This document shows, piece by piece, positions 8,168 to 16,970 of a stretch of DNA of 64,000 nt (the first letter of the stretch is position 1; every line of letters starts with the position of its first letter). The DNA lies in assembly GCA_003225075.1 (NCBI GenBank), contig QIAP01000055.1:10909-74908 (forward strand), read 5' to 3'. Made by a program: the position numbers and the translations under genes. The DNA comes from Acidobacteriota bacterium. Its GTDB lineage: Bacteria > Acidobacteriota > Terriglobia > Terriglobales > Acidobacteriaceae. A model generated the notes under the pieces. The model had not been told where the DNA came from. It saw only the letters and a program-made list of their open reading frames with translations, and ran no database searches.

Positions 8168-10447
8168 TCACCTGGAGTGACTACGATCCAATTGAAGTTC
8201 CGGGGTCGCGATATCCTCCGGGCCAGCGGGCCCGTTAATCGCGCCGTGCCAGACACTGCCTCCGAAGGTGGTGATGAAAACCTTATTGCGGTCGCCTGGA
8301 TCCGGGATCACACGATGCGCCCATTTGAAATTGAACCCGGGGATCCGAGTCCAATGTTGCCCGCGATCAGTCGAATGCCATGCGGATGACTCGAATCCAG
8401 ACGCGTAGAGCACATTGGAATCAGTCGGATCGACGACGACGTCATAAACGTGCCGATCGCGATGGAAGATCTGGCGCCAATTGCGACCGCCATCTTCAGA
8501 TAGGTAAATGCCTCCACCGTCTCCATGTATGCCAGTGGCGCGAGCCCATGCGGCAAGATAGAGCCGCTGTGGCGACTTAGGATCAATTGCAAGTCCGTTA
8601 GGACCGTTTACGCCAGCAGGCAAGCTCACGGGCTCCCAGTGCGCGGCGTCATCCCTGGACCGGTAGATGGCACCGTCGTCAGCAGTCCCAATACTTCCGT
8701 CCTCCGAACGGCGGGCGATGACGAGGTACAGAGTTCCATCCGAAGCTCGCGCCAGCCTCCAGGCAAATGGCTGGTCCTGTGAGATTCCTGTATTTTTCAG
8801 AGCCCAGGTCTTTCCGCCGTCGATGCTCTTATAAACGCCGCGCCCGAAGCCGGTCACATATAGGGTGCGGGCATCAGGAGCGCTGGCGGGATCGAGCAGA
8901 ATGTGAGTCGCGGCAGTTTCGGCCATACCCGCGTTAGACTGCCGCCACGTATTTCCGCCATCGTCACTGCGGCATACTCCGCCCTTGTAGTTCGATACCG
9001 AGTTCTTGCGCCACATCTTGGGACGCGGAAGGTCATGTGTGTAGCTGTTCACGCTCCAAACGCGGCCTCGAACGGCTGGGTCAAATACCATCCAATAAGT
9101 TGTGTTTAACCACTTTGCCGGCACGCCGGTCGTGGAACTCTGCCAGGTGTCACCGCCGTCTTCGCTACGAAAAAGACCGATGTCGGTGTAGGTGATGAAC
9201 TGGCGTCTTCGGTCAAAGGGATCGAAGTGGATACCGTAGCTTGTGGTCACATCGAGGCCGGTGCTGCGCCACCCGCCGTCAGGTATTCTGCGCGAGTACA
9301 TTGCGGACCAGGTGGCGCCGCCATCGCTGGTCTTCATGGTTCTACCCAGGTCGGTTCCATAGCAAAGATCTGCATCCTGGTCGGCCACACCGAGTTGCAA
9401 CGGATTTTCTCCCCACCCGACGCCGAAACGCGGAGTGATCCAGGCGTCGTGCACATTTTTAGCAGGGCCCTTGGATTCTTTCCAAACAAACTGCCATGAA
9501 TCGCCGGTGTCCTGGGTTTTGGCCACTCCCATGGTGTTAGCCACTCCGATCCAGCTCTTACCGTCTTGTCCCAGTTCGCTATACGAGACATAGGCAACGG
9601 CGGGATGCTGACGACTGGTAGCGATGGCTCGCACTTTGGCACTGCCTCCCGGGAGGCGGGATTGATGCCAGCTTGCGCCCCCGTCCTTAGAGACAAAGAT
9701 GCCCTGTTCTGACACTCCGTAAATGACCGGGTGCGAGCCGGAACCAAAACCCGCCGAGACGTCCGTTAAAGTGACGGGGACGGCGAGGGTACGAACTCCC
9801 GTGCTAGTTTTCACGGATACAGAATGCGGACCTGCTATGAACAACACCCGCGAATCTGCGGGAGAATGCGGATCGACCCACATGCGAAGAGGCATCTCGG
9901 GAAGCTCTTGCTGCCGGTTCCAGCTTTTTCCGAAGTCGCGCGAGATGAACAGTGCCGGACTCTTCTTTCCTCCCGCCGCGGCGTAGAGCACATTGGAATT
10001 GGCGGGATCAACGGCTAGTGCTGCTATGTTGCGCAGCGGATCGGGTTGCGCTACCAGGTCCTCATCTGCGTGGTCTGATCGCATTACGATCTCTTTGATG
10101 GAGGAGGGCTTGGGATATACCAGCTTCCAGCTTTCACCAGCGTCGTTACTTCGCCACAAACCAGTGGCTTGGGCGTAAATAACTTTGGGATCCAACGGAT
10201 CGAAGACAAAGAAGCGAACCCGACCGCGAAGATTGAACATCCGCCACGACTGACCGCCATCATGAGTGATGTATGCGCCTGTCATGTCGCAGGAGACTAA
10301 GACCGTGTTGGCGTCGTGCGGGCTGATGGTGGGGTTGAACATCGCGCCTCCGCCGCCCGGCCCGATGACGCGAAAGTCACCCGGTCGCGCAGCAAAAGCG
10401 GTACCGACGAGCGCAAAGATCAGAAGGATGCCGCGCAGGCTTTTCAT
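8168..10447 (-). CDS. Secreted BNR/Asp-box repeat (sortilin/VPS10- or GH74-like double propeller) protein
   Basis: Signal peptide 'MKSLRGILLIFALVGTAFA'. About 12 SxDxGxxW Asp-boxes, e.g. 'THDGGQSW', 'SNDAGESW', 'SKDGGASW', 'TSDGGATW', 'SEDGGDTW', 'SDDGGNTW', 'SIDGGKTW', 'SEDGGRNW'. Confidence 0.8.
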   Translation of the reverse strand: MKSLRGILLIFALVGTAFAARPGDFRVIGPGGGGAMFNPTISPHDANTVLVSCDMTGAYITHDGGQSWRMFNLRGRVRFFVFDPLDPKVIYAQATGLWRSNDAGESWKLVYPKPSSIKEIVMRSDHADEDLVAQPDPLRNIAALAVDPANSNVLYAAAGGKKSPALFISRDFGKSWNRQQELPEMPLRMWVDPHSPADSRVLFIAGPHSVSVKTSTGVRTLAVPVTLTDVSAGFGSGSHPVIYGVSEQGIFVSKDGGASWHQSRLPGGSAKVRAIATSRQHPAVAYVSYSELGQDGKSWIGVANTMGVAKTQDTGDSWQFVWKESKGPAKNVHDAWITPRFGVGWGENPLQLGVADQDADLCYGTDLGRTMKTSDGGATWSAMYSRRIPDGGWRSTGLDVTTSYGIHFDPFDRRRQFITYTDIGLFRSEDGGDTWQSSTTGVPAKWLNTTYWMVFDPAVRGRVWSVNSYTHDLPRPKMWRKNSVSNYKGGVCRSDDGGNTWRQSNAGMAETAATHILLDPASAPDARTLYVTGFGRGVYKSIDGGKTWALKNTGISQDQPFAWRLARASDGTLYLVIARRSEDGSIGTADDGAIYRSRDDAAHWEPVSLPAGVNGPNGLAIDPKSPQRLYLAAWARATGIHGDGGGIYLSEDGGRNWRQIFHRDRHVYDVVVDPTDSNVLYASGFESSAWHSTDRGQHWTRIPGFNFKWAHRVIPDPGDRNKVFITTFGGSVWHGAINGPAGPEDIATPELQLDRSHSR

Positions 10448-10711
10448 TGCTTCTTTCTTAACATTCTGGAGGTGTGATCGCCTACTCGGAAGTGAATGAC
10501 GCCGTTGTCAGGCTTGCCGGCGTTGTTCCGGGAAGAGTGGATAAGAAAGTAACGGAGATTTGACAATGGCCTGACAAGTCGTGGAACCATGCAACGCTAT
10601 ATTCGAACGCGAGTTGGCAAAGTGGCTAAGCCGGTCCACCACCTCAGATCCTCCACTCAAAAAGGAAGTACCTGGAGGATTTCCTATTCGCAGAGATTAA
10701 GGAGTTTTATC

Positions 10712-11023
10712 ATGAAGCGCGTTCTCAACCTGTCATTCGCTCTGTTCCTGGGTTTATCCTTCGCGACAGGGACTATGGAAAACGCCCAAAACATCTCCCA
10801 GCTCTTCAGTTTTCCTTGCCCGAATCAACAATTCGGTTCTTGTCCAAAGGGTTATGCGCCCGACGTGCTGATCCAGGCGTCGGACGGCAACTTTTACGGT
10901 GCTGCACAACTGACTACCATTGGCACCTCGAACCCGCAGGGCGGCACTCTGTTCAAAATCACGCCCGGCGGCCAAATCAACACGCGCATGAGAGCCATCA
11001 ATCGTACGGATCTTAAGGAGTGA
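10712..11023 (+). CDS. Short secreted protein with a single GloVer-type repeat (probable truncated remnant)
   Basis: AAGGAG Shine-Dalgarno 8 nt upstream of the ATG at 10712. Signal peptide 'MKRVLNLSFALFLGLSFATG'. One unit 'PDVLIQASDGNFYGAAQ...GGTLFKITPGGQI' resembles the tandem GloVer repeat, then the frame ends after 'NTRMRAINRTDLKE'. Confidence 0.5.
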   Translation: MKRVLNLSFALFLGLSFATGTMENAQNISQLFSFPCPNQQFGSCPKGYAPDVLIQASDGNFYGAAQLTTIGTSNPQGGTLFKITPGGQINTRMRAINRTDLKE

Positions 11024-11101
11024 ACCTGAAATTCTGACCAAAACATAGCTTTTCGACAAATCTTCATCTCGTTGAGCTATTCTCCTGTTCTGAATAGCGG
11101 A

Positions 11102-13210
11102 ATGAGATTCTCTCTCACCGAATTGCACCGGCGTAGAACTTGTCTGTTCCTTGTGACGCTTCTGGGCGCTTCGTCCCCTCTACACGGGCAGTCGGGGACG
11201 AGCTCCCGAGCGACGCAGCGGCAAGTCGAGGCACAACAACCGCTCCGAACTGCGCAGGCAAGCCGGATTGATCGAGCCCCGAGGTTGGACGGGACGCTCG
11301 ATGATTTACTCTGGTTGAAGGCCACCCCGATTTCAAACTTCTTACAACGAGAGCCTTACGAAGGCCAGCCTCCTACCGAAAAAACCGAAGTCCGTATCCT
11401 ATACACCAAGCATGAGGTCTATTTCGGTATCGCCTGTTTCGAACCCGACCCAGATGGAATCGTTGCGACCGAGTTACGCCGGGACGTCAGTCAGGAATTG
11501 GACGACTACTTTGAAATCATCATCGACTCGGCTCACGACCGGCGCAACGCTTACGTGTTTCAAATCAATCCATTGGGGACCCAACGCGATGCACTGATCA
11601 CGGAAGAGCAGCGCACGGATTCTAGTACTGGCGATGGCGACCCCGGCTGGGATGGCGTGTGGACCTCGGAGGCTCGCCGGACGGCACAAGGCTGGACTGC
11701 CAACATCGCGATTCCGTTTTCGACGTTGAACTTCATGCAGTCGAGCGATGTGATCTGGGGGATCAACTTCAAGCGCTTCATCCGCCGCAAAAATGAAGAG
11801 GATCTATGGTCGGCCTGGCGGCGCGTCGATGGCGCCTCGCGGGTCAGCCGTGCTGGCGAATTACAAGGAATTTCCGATATCGGCAGTGGCCGCCTGTTCA
11901 TCGTTAAGCCTTACGGACTGGTGGGATTCAGCCATTTTCCGGCGAGCGCTGCGGGTACTGGATTCACTCCCGGGACGAGCCCTCTTTACACCGGAGGCGT
12001 TGACGTCAAACTTGGCCTGCGCTCGAACTTAGTGGCTAATTTCACCGTCAACACCGACTTCGCCGACGCCGACGTTGATACACGGCGGTTCAATCTCACG
12101 CCGTTCAAGCTCTTCTTTCCGGAGAAGAGACAATTTTTCCTGGAGAATGCGGGCGTCTTTACTTTTCCCCTCGGTGGCGACGTAGATTCGTTGTTCTTTA
12201 GCCGTCAGATCGGGATTGATCCAATCACAGGTCAAGAGGTTCCCATTAACGGTGGGGCCAAGATCACAGGTTCGCTTGGCAAATTCGAACTCGGCATCAT
12301 GGATGTGGACACGCGGCGCTCCGGGCCTAATCCTGATGCGAATTTCGCGGTCGTGCGTGTGAAGCGCGCACTGTGGGGAGGATCCTACCTTGGAGTGATG
12401 GGCATTGATAAGCGCTCCGGCAACCCTCTGGACAGTTTCAACCAGACCGAAGGTGCCGACACTAGGCTAGTCTTCTTCAAAGACTTGGCGGTGGACATGT
12501 TCGCCGCCCAGACCCGGACGCCGGGCTTCGCCTCAGGCCAGACCGATTTTGGCGGTGGCCTCCACTACCAGAGTAACTGGCTGGAGTTGATCGGTGACCA
12601 TCGAAAAATTGGGCCACACTTTAATCCCGAGGTGGGCTTCCTCGAACGCCAGGACTGCATCTGCGACTACCTCGATGCCAACTTCAAAGTTCGACCCCGG
12701 ATCGAGCACGTGCGTGAGCTGAACTTTGAAGGCTTCATCTTTCATGCCCCCGATACTCGCCATGTGCTGCAAACGCAAGAATGGCAGAACACATTTCGCA
12801 TCGACTTCAACAATGGCTCCTATAGCGACGACGACATTGTGGACGTCTTCACCCAGCGCCTGATCATTCCGTTCAACCTCTACAAGAAGGTGTCCATTCC
12901 CGTTGGCGAGTATCACTGGACGCGCCATCAGTTGACCTACGGATCACCTCAGGACCGGCGGTTGACACTCAATTTCTACGAGCGTTTCGGCAGCTACTAC
13001 AACGGGCATTTGAATGAAGCGCGAGTACGTGCAACCTATCGAGCGAGTGAACGATTGTCGTTCAACTTCGCCGAGCAATGGAACCGCTTTCGTTTGGGCG
13101 CAACGAGCGATCCCGCGGGGAATCCGCTTCCCCCGGGATCTGGAGACTTCTCGGTCGTCTTCGGCAGCTTTCAGACGAATTATTCCTTTTCCCGCTTCCT
13201 GACGCTTTAG
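11102..13210 (+). CDS. CBM9-like + DUF5916 outer-membrane barrel protein, interrupted by an in-frame TAG
   Basis: Signal-like N-terminus 'MRFSLTELHRRRTCLFLVTLLGASSPLHG'. 'IDRAPRLDGTLDDLLWLKATPISNFLQREPYEGQPPTEKTEVRILYTKHEVYFGIACFEP' is typical of the CBM9/DOMON-like head of DUF5916 proteins. The ORF ends at TAG 13208-13210 while the family-type C-terminus continues in the same frame. Confidence 0.75.
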   Translation: MRFSLTELHRRRTCLFLVTLLGASSPLHGQSGTSSRATQRQVEAQQPLRTAQASRIDRAPRLDGTLDDLLWLKATPISNFLQREPYEGQPPTEKTEVRILYTKHEVYFGIACFEPDPDGIVATELRRDVSQELDDYFEIIIDSAHDRRNAYVFQINPLGTQRDALITEEQRTDSSTGDGDPGWDGVWTSEARRTAQGWTANIAIPFSTLNFMQSSDVIWGINFKRFIRRKNEEDLWSAWRRVDGASRVSRAGELQGISDIGSGRLFIVKPYGLVGFSHFPASAAGTGFTPGTSPLYTGGVDVKLGLRSNLVANFTVNTDFADADVDTRRFNLTPFKLFFPEKRQFFLENAGVFTFPLGGDVDSLFFSRQIGIDPITGQEVPINGGAKITGSLGKFELGIMDVDTRRSGPNPDANFAVVRVKRALWGGSYLGVMGIDKRSGNPLDSFNQTEGADTRLVFFKDLAVDMFAAQTRTPGFASGQTDFGGGLHYQSNWLELIGDHRKIGPHFNPEVGFLERQDCICDYLDANFKVRPRIEHVRELNFEGFIFHAPDTRHVLQTQEWQNTFRIDFNNGSYSDDDIVDVFTQRLIIPFNLYKKVSIPVGEYHWTRHQLTYGSPQDRRLTLNFYERFGSYYNGHLNEARVRATYRASERLSFNFAEQWNRFRLGATSDPAGNPLPPGSGDFSVVFGSFQTNYSFSRFLTL

Positions 13211-13408
13211 ACGCTACTGCAAATGGACACCGCAAATAATCAGGGCGCCAGCGCCAACATTCGCCTGCGTTGGAACTATCGTCCTGACAGCGATCTGTAT
13301 GTGATCTACACCGCGGGCCAGCGCTTCGCCAGTTTGGTGGCAGTGAACCCGCCGCAGTTTTACGAGAACCGTTTCGCCATCAAGTTCACATATTCCTGGC
13401 GACCGTGA
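13211..13408 (+). pseudogene. In-frame C-terminal remainder of the DUF5916 gene downstream of the TAG
   Basis: Same frame as 11102..13210. Encodes 'TLLQMDTANNQGASANIRLRWNYRPDSDLYVIYTAGQRF...NRFAIKFTYSWRP', which looks like terminal beta-strands. Confidence 0.6.
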
Positions 13409-13417
13409 GGTGAAAAC

Positions 13418-13437
13418 GGAGTGGAGTGGAGTGGAAG
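13418..13437. repeat. (GGAGT)3-GGAAG pentanucleotide tandem repeat
   Basis: GGAGTGGAGTGGAGTGGAAG read directly, between the DUF5916 remainder and the YVTN gene. Confidence 0.6.
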
Positions 13438-13487
13438 TCCACCAATTGCCGGAAGGATAACCTGAACTCATTCTCTGGAGGTATCTA

Positions 13488-14522
13488 ATGCCAACGCGAG
13501 CGGTCCACCTAAGTAAGGTTTTGACGTCAGCATTCATGGTTTTTGCGATGGGTCTGGAGGCAGCCCGCCCTTCCAATATCGGCTCCGAAAGCACAAAACA
13601 AGCACCTCTCAAGAAAGTCGCGGATGTCCCCATGCCGGGGCCAGCAGTCCGGTTCGATTACCAGAGCCTTGACGCCACTCAAGGGCGGCTTTACATCGCT
13701 CACATGAACGCCAACCAACTCGTTGTCTTCGACACAAAGAAACGAGAAGTGGTGGCAAACCTCGACGGCTTTTCTCGTGTCCACGGAGTATGGGCGGTTC
13801 CGGAATTGGGCAAAGTCTATGCATCGGTGACCGGAGAGCACAAAGTAGCCGCTGTGGATATGAAAACACTGCAAGTCCTCTCCCGCGTAGGCCCCATTAA
13901 TTACCCAGACGGCATTGCTTACGCACCGGGCCCCCAGCGTGTCTTCGTATCTGATGAACACGGCAACGTAGATGCAGTCATTGATACGAAAACGAATTCG
14001 CTCCTGGCGAGCATTCCACTCGGAGGCGGCGCCGGCAACACGGTCTACGATTCTGGTTCCGGCCACATTTTGGTTGCCGTTCACGAGAAGAACGAAGTTG
14101 TAGCAATCGATCCGGCAAGCTTGCGGATCATCGGCCGCTATCCTATGACTGGAGTTGAAAGCCCGCACGGAATCGCATTGGATGAGTCGGGACGGCTCGC
14201 ATTCGTGGTGGGAGAGGAGAACCACATGCTTGCCGTCGTGGACTTGAATACCATGAAGGTCTTGGGGACACAGCCTGTCGGGGAAGACCCTGACGTGCTG
14301 GCCTTTGATCCGGGACTCAAGAGGCTGTATGTGTCTGCCGAATCCGGCAACGTTTTCGTCTTTCGTGAAGTCGGAAAGACTCTTGTCCATGAAGGGGATA
14401 TCTCAATCCCGCATGCCCATACAGTGTGTGTTGACCCTAGTACTCATCTGGTCTACTTTCCTTTGGAGAATATCGATGGGCATCCGCTCCTGCGAATAAT
14501 GGAGCCAACCCCAACGCAGTGA
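13488..14522 (+). CDS. Secreted YVTN-family beta-propeller repeat protein
   Basis: Signal peptide. Repeated ~40-aa units such as 'RLYIAHMNANQLVVFD', 'RVFVSDEHGNVDAVIDTKTN', 'RLAFVVGEENHMLAVVDLNT', 'RLYVSAESGNVFVF'. Confidence 0.75.
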   Translation: MPTRAVHLSKVLTSAFMVFAMGLEAARPSNIGSESTKQAPLKKVADVPMPGPAVRFDYQSLDATQGRLYIAHMNANQLVVFDTKKREVVANLDGFSRVHGVWAVPELGKVYASVTGEHKVAAVDMKTLQVLSRVGPINYPDGIAYAPGPQRVFVSDEHGNVDAVIDTKTNSLLASIPLGGGAGNTVYDSGSGHILVAVHEKNEVVAIDPASLRIIGRYPMTGVESPHGIALDESGRLAFVVGEENHMLAVVDLNTMKVLGTQPVGEDPDVLAFDPGLKRLYVSAESGNVFVFREVGKTLVHEGDISIPHAHTVCVDPSTHLVYFPLENIDGHPLLRIMEPTPTQ

Positions 14523-14721
14523 ACGTTAGAGCAAGACCTTTGCAGGCCTCCTCTATTTAGAGAAAGCTTGGAGTTTTCGTTGTCAGCAGTCTTGGCGCAC
14601 CTCATCCCCCGGTGCGAACGTTCCCGCGATGAAGAATGGCGCGTTGATCAACAAAACGCAACCCCCGCGCAACCAGCCGAGTTGAGCACCCTTCCGACCT
14701 GTACCAAGTTATTGAAGAAAT

Positions 14722-14798
14722 TGGTGGCGGCGGTTGGACTCGAACCAACGACCTACGGATTATGAGACCGTCGCTCTAGCCACCTGAGCTACGCCGCC
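14722..14798 (-). tRNA. tRNA with CAT anticodon (elongator tRNA-Met, or tRNA-Ile2 if lysidine-modified), CCA encoded
   Basis: Reverse complement GGCGGCGTAGCTCAGGTGGCTAGAGCGACGGTCTCATAATCCGTAGGTCGTTGGTTCGAGTCCAACCGCCGCCACCA. It has a 7-bp acceptor stem, D arm GCTC/GAGC, anticodon loop CTCATAA and T arm GTTGG-TTCGAGT-CCAAC. The G1-C72 pair and the lack of a GGG/CCC anticodon stem argue against an initiator. Confidence 0.93.
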
Positions 14799-15005
14799 AC
14801 ACTGCGAACTACAACGAGGAGACGGGAGCAGGAAGAGGACAGAGTCTCCTGCCTGTTCTATTCCAAACGGATGTCAGCTTAGGCCAGCTCACAGCCATTG
14901 ATTTGATTTTAAGAGTCGTCCAGAAGTAGTGTCAAACCTGAGGCCGTACAACGCACGCAATTCGATGCTTGCAACTCCGGTTGGGAAATCTGAAACTAGG
15001 ATGGC

Positions 15006-15725
15006 ATGAAAGTTATCGCGGTGATTCCTGCGCGGCTGGCCTCCACTCGTCTTCCGCGCAAAATGTTGCGCGAGTGTGCGGGACAACCACTATTGGCGCA
15101 TGTCTATCGCGCGGTGCGGTCTTCTGAATTGCTAAATGACGTAGTGATCGCTACCGACGCAGAAGAAATACTGGAATGCTGCAAGAAAAATGGCTGGCAC
15201 GCGCGAATGACTTCGGCTGACCATCGCAGCGGCACTGAGCGCGTCTGTGAAATCGCACATTCGATGACCGCTGACGTGTATTTGAACCTGCAGGGCGATG
15301 AACCTCTGACGCGTGCCGAGCACATTCAATCCCTGCTGGAGGTCATGACGGACCCGGCGGTGCAGGTCGGCACACTGAAGACGAGCGCATCAGCCGCCGA
15401 CGTCAACAATCCGAACGCCGTAAAGGTCGTCACCGATAGTAGCGGAAAGGCGTTGTACTTCTCCCGGGCTGCCATTCCTTTCGATCGCGATGGCATCCGC
15501 CCGGTTTATTTCAAGCATCTTGGACTTTATGCTTATCGAAAAGCGGCACTCGATCAATTCATGAAGCTGCCCGAGTCCGTTCTCGAACGCAGCGAACGGC
15601 TGGAGCAGCTACGATTCCTGGAAAACGGAATCCCGATTCATGTGGGTGAAACTCAGTTCGATACGATAGGCGTGGACACTGAGGAGGATTTGCGGAGGGT
15701 GGAGAAAATGCTCATGACTCGATGA
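15006..15725 (+). CDS. kdsB: 3-deoxy-manno-octulosonate cytidylyltransferase (CMP-Kdo synthetase)
   Basis: 'MKVIAVIPARLASTRLPRKMLRECAGQPLL', 'NLQGDEPL' and a 239-aa length are typical of KdsB. Confidence 0.9.
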   Translation: MKVIAVIPARLASTRLPRKMLRECAGQPLLAHVYRAVRSSELLNDVVIATDAEEILECCKKNGWHARMTSADHRSGTERVCEIAHSMTADVYLNLQGDEPLTRAEHIQSLLEVMTDPAVQVGTLKTSASAADVNNPNAVKVVTDSSGKALYFSRAAIPFDRDGIRPVYFKHLGLYAYRKAALDQFMKLPESVLERSERLEQLRFLENGIPIHVGETQFDTIGVDTEEDLRRVEKMLMTR

Positions 15726-15732
15726 GGGAGAC

Positions 15733-16932
15733 TTATTTCTGCCATGCTTGCGCGGCTTCTACTCGCTTCGAAATTGCAGGATGCGAATGGAAGAACCATT
15801 CCACCCACTTGGAGGGTGCCCTCTCTGCCAGGTTCTGATCGGCGAGCTTGTTCATGGAAGAGATGAACGGCCCAATGCTGGGAATCGACCTAAAGCAATA
15901 GCGATCCGCCTGGCGTTCATTGTATCGGGAGTAGGCGTTCAGCAGAGGCAGCAGCAAGAACGATAAGATCGTGGAAACCAGCGCCAACAGCGGCAGATTC
16001 GCGAAATCGGAAAGCGTTTCGAACATGTGCCGCTGGTCTATGGCGTAGTGAAGGACAGCATTCGCAGCCCAGAAACCGAGCAAAGTGATTCCAGCCTGCA
16101 CGGCGATGCTCTTCAGAATGTGGCGATGCACGTGGTGCCCCAGTTCGTGTGCCAACACTGCTTCAATTTCATCCGGCGAGTAGTGATCGAGAAGGGTGTC
16201 GGCCAAAATAATACGGCGCGTGTTGCCCAAGCCAGTGAGTGCTGCGTTGGCTTTCTTGCTCTTCTCCGACAGATGCCACTTGTACACTCCGCGGACGCGC
16301 GTCCCCGCGCGCTCGCCGAGCCGCACCAGGCGTTGCTTTAGATCCTCATTATCGAGCGGTTCAAACTTGTAGAAGATCGGGAACAGGACTACCGGCGCAA
16401 TCTGCGCCATCAAAATAAACAATCCAATGAATAGTGCCCAGGTAATAATCCACCAGTGTTCAGGCGACTGGCGAATGATGAAGTAGAGAAGCTCGACCAC
16501 GATTGTCGCCATGACCAGGCCCACCAGAAATCCTTTCATCTCATCCCATATCCATGACCGTAGTCTCTGATTGGAGAGATTAAACCGGTGTTCCAGCCGG
16601 AAGCTGTAGTAATCGAGGCCGATGCCGAGGATCTTGCCAATCGGCAGGAGCATCGCAACGTACAAGAAAACGGCAAAGGTGTAATTCTGAAAGCCACCGC
16701 GATAGGCGAGGTCGCGCAGCCACCCGCTCCAATTTGTGGCGAGCAGCACAACCAGCAACAGGAAGCCGAGCACGGCATCGGCAATGCCGAGCCAGCGCCG
16801 GATGCGGTTGTAACGCCGCGCCTCGGGCGTGTCGGCAGAGGTCGTGCTGTTTTCCACGGCTAAAGTCATAGCAAATACCAATGACTGATTATCTCCCAAC
16901 GACGGCGACTGAACAGATAATAAGGAACTCAA
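15733..16932 (-). CDS. M48 family (Ste24-like) integral-membrane metalloprotease
   Basis: Several N-terminal TM segments. Zinc motif 'AHELGHHVHRH'. Downstream 'ERQADRY'. Confidence 0.85.
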   Translation of the reverse strand: MSSLLSVQSPSLGDNQSLVFAMTLAVENSTTSADTPEARRYNRIRRWLGIADAVLGFLLLVVLLATNWSGWLRDLAYRGGFQNYTFAVFLYVAMLLPIGKILGIGLDYYSFRLEHRFNLSNQRLRSWIWDEMKGFLVGLVMATIVVELLYFIIRQSPEHWWIITWALFIGLFILMAQIAPVVLFPIFYKFEPLDNEDLKQRLVRLGERAGTRVRGVYKWHLSEKSKKANAALTGLGNTRRIILADTLLDHYSPDEIEAVLAHELGHHVHRHILKSIAVQAGITLLGFWAANAVLHYAIDQRHMFETLSDFANLPLLALVSTILSFLLLPLLNAYSRYNERQADRYCFRSIPSIGPFISSMNKLADQNLAERAPSKWVEWFFHSHPAISKRVEAAQAWQK

Positions 16933-16970
16933 GAGTGCAGTGTCCGGCAGGATGAATCTTCATAGCGCCA

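Noticed and set aside
10589-10711. Upstream extension of the GloVer-fragment ORF
   Set aside because: The extension is basic and non-hydrophobic. The AAGGAG Shine-Dalgarno and the signal peptide sit at the internal ATG 10712.
13527-14390. 287-aa ORF antisense to the YVTN propeller gene
   Set aside because: A shadow ORF. The sense frame has a signal peptide and repeated propeller units.
14568-14765. 65-aa ORF on the plus strand
   Set aside because: It overlaps the tRNA gene on the opposite strand and has no coding signal.
14523-15005. tRNA-associated genomic island or integration site
   Set aside because: No integrase, excisionase or phage genes flank the tRNA. I could not identify a direct repeat of the tRNA 3' end nearby. 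The flanking genes look chromosomal.
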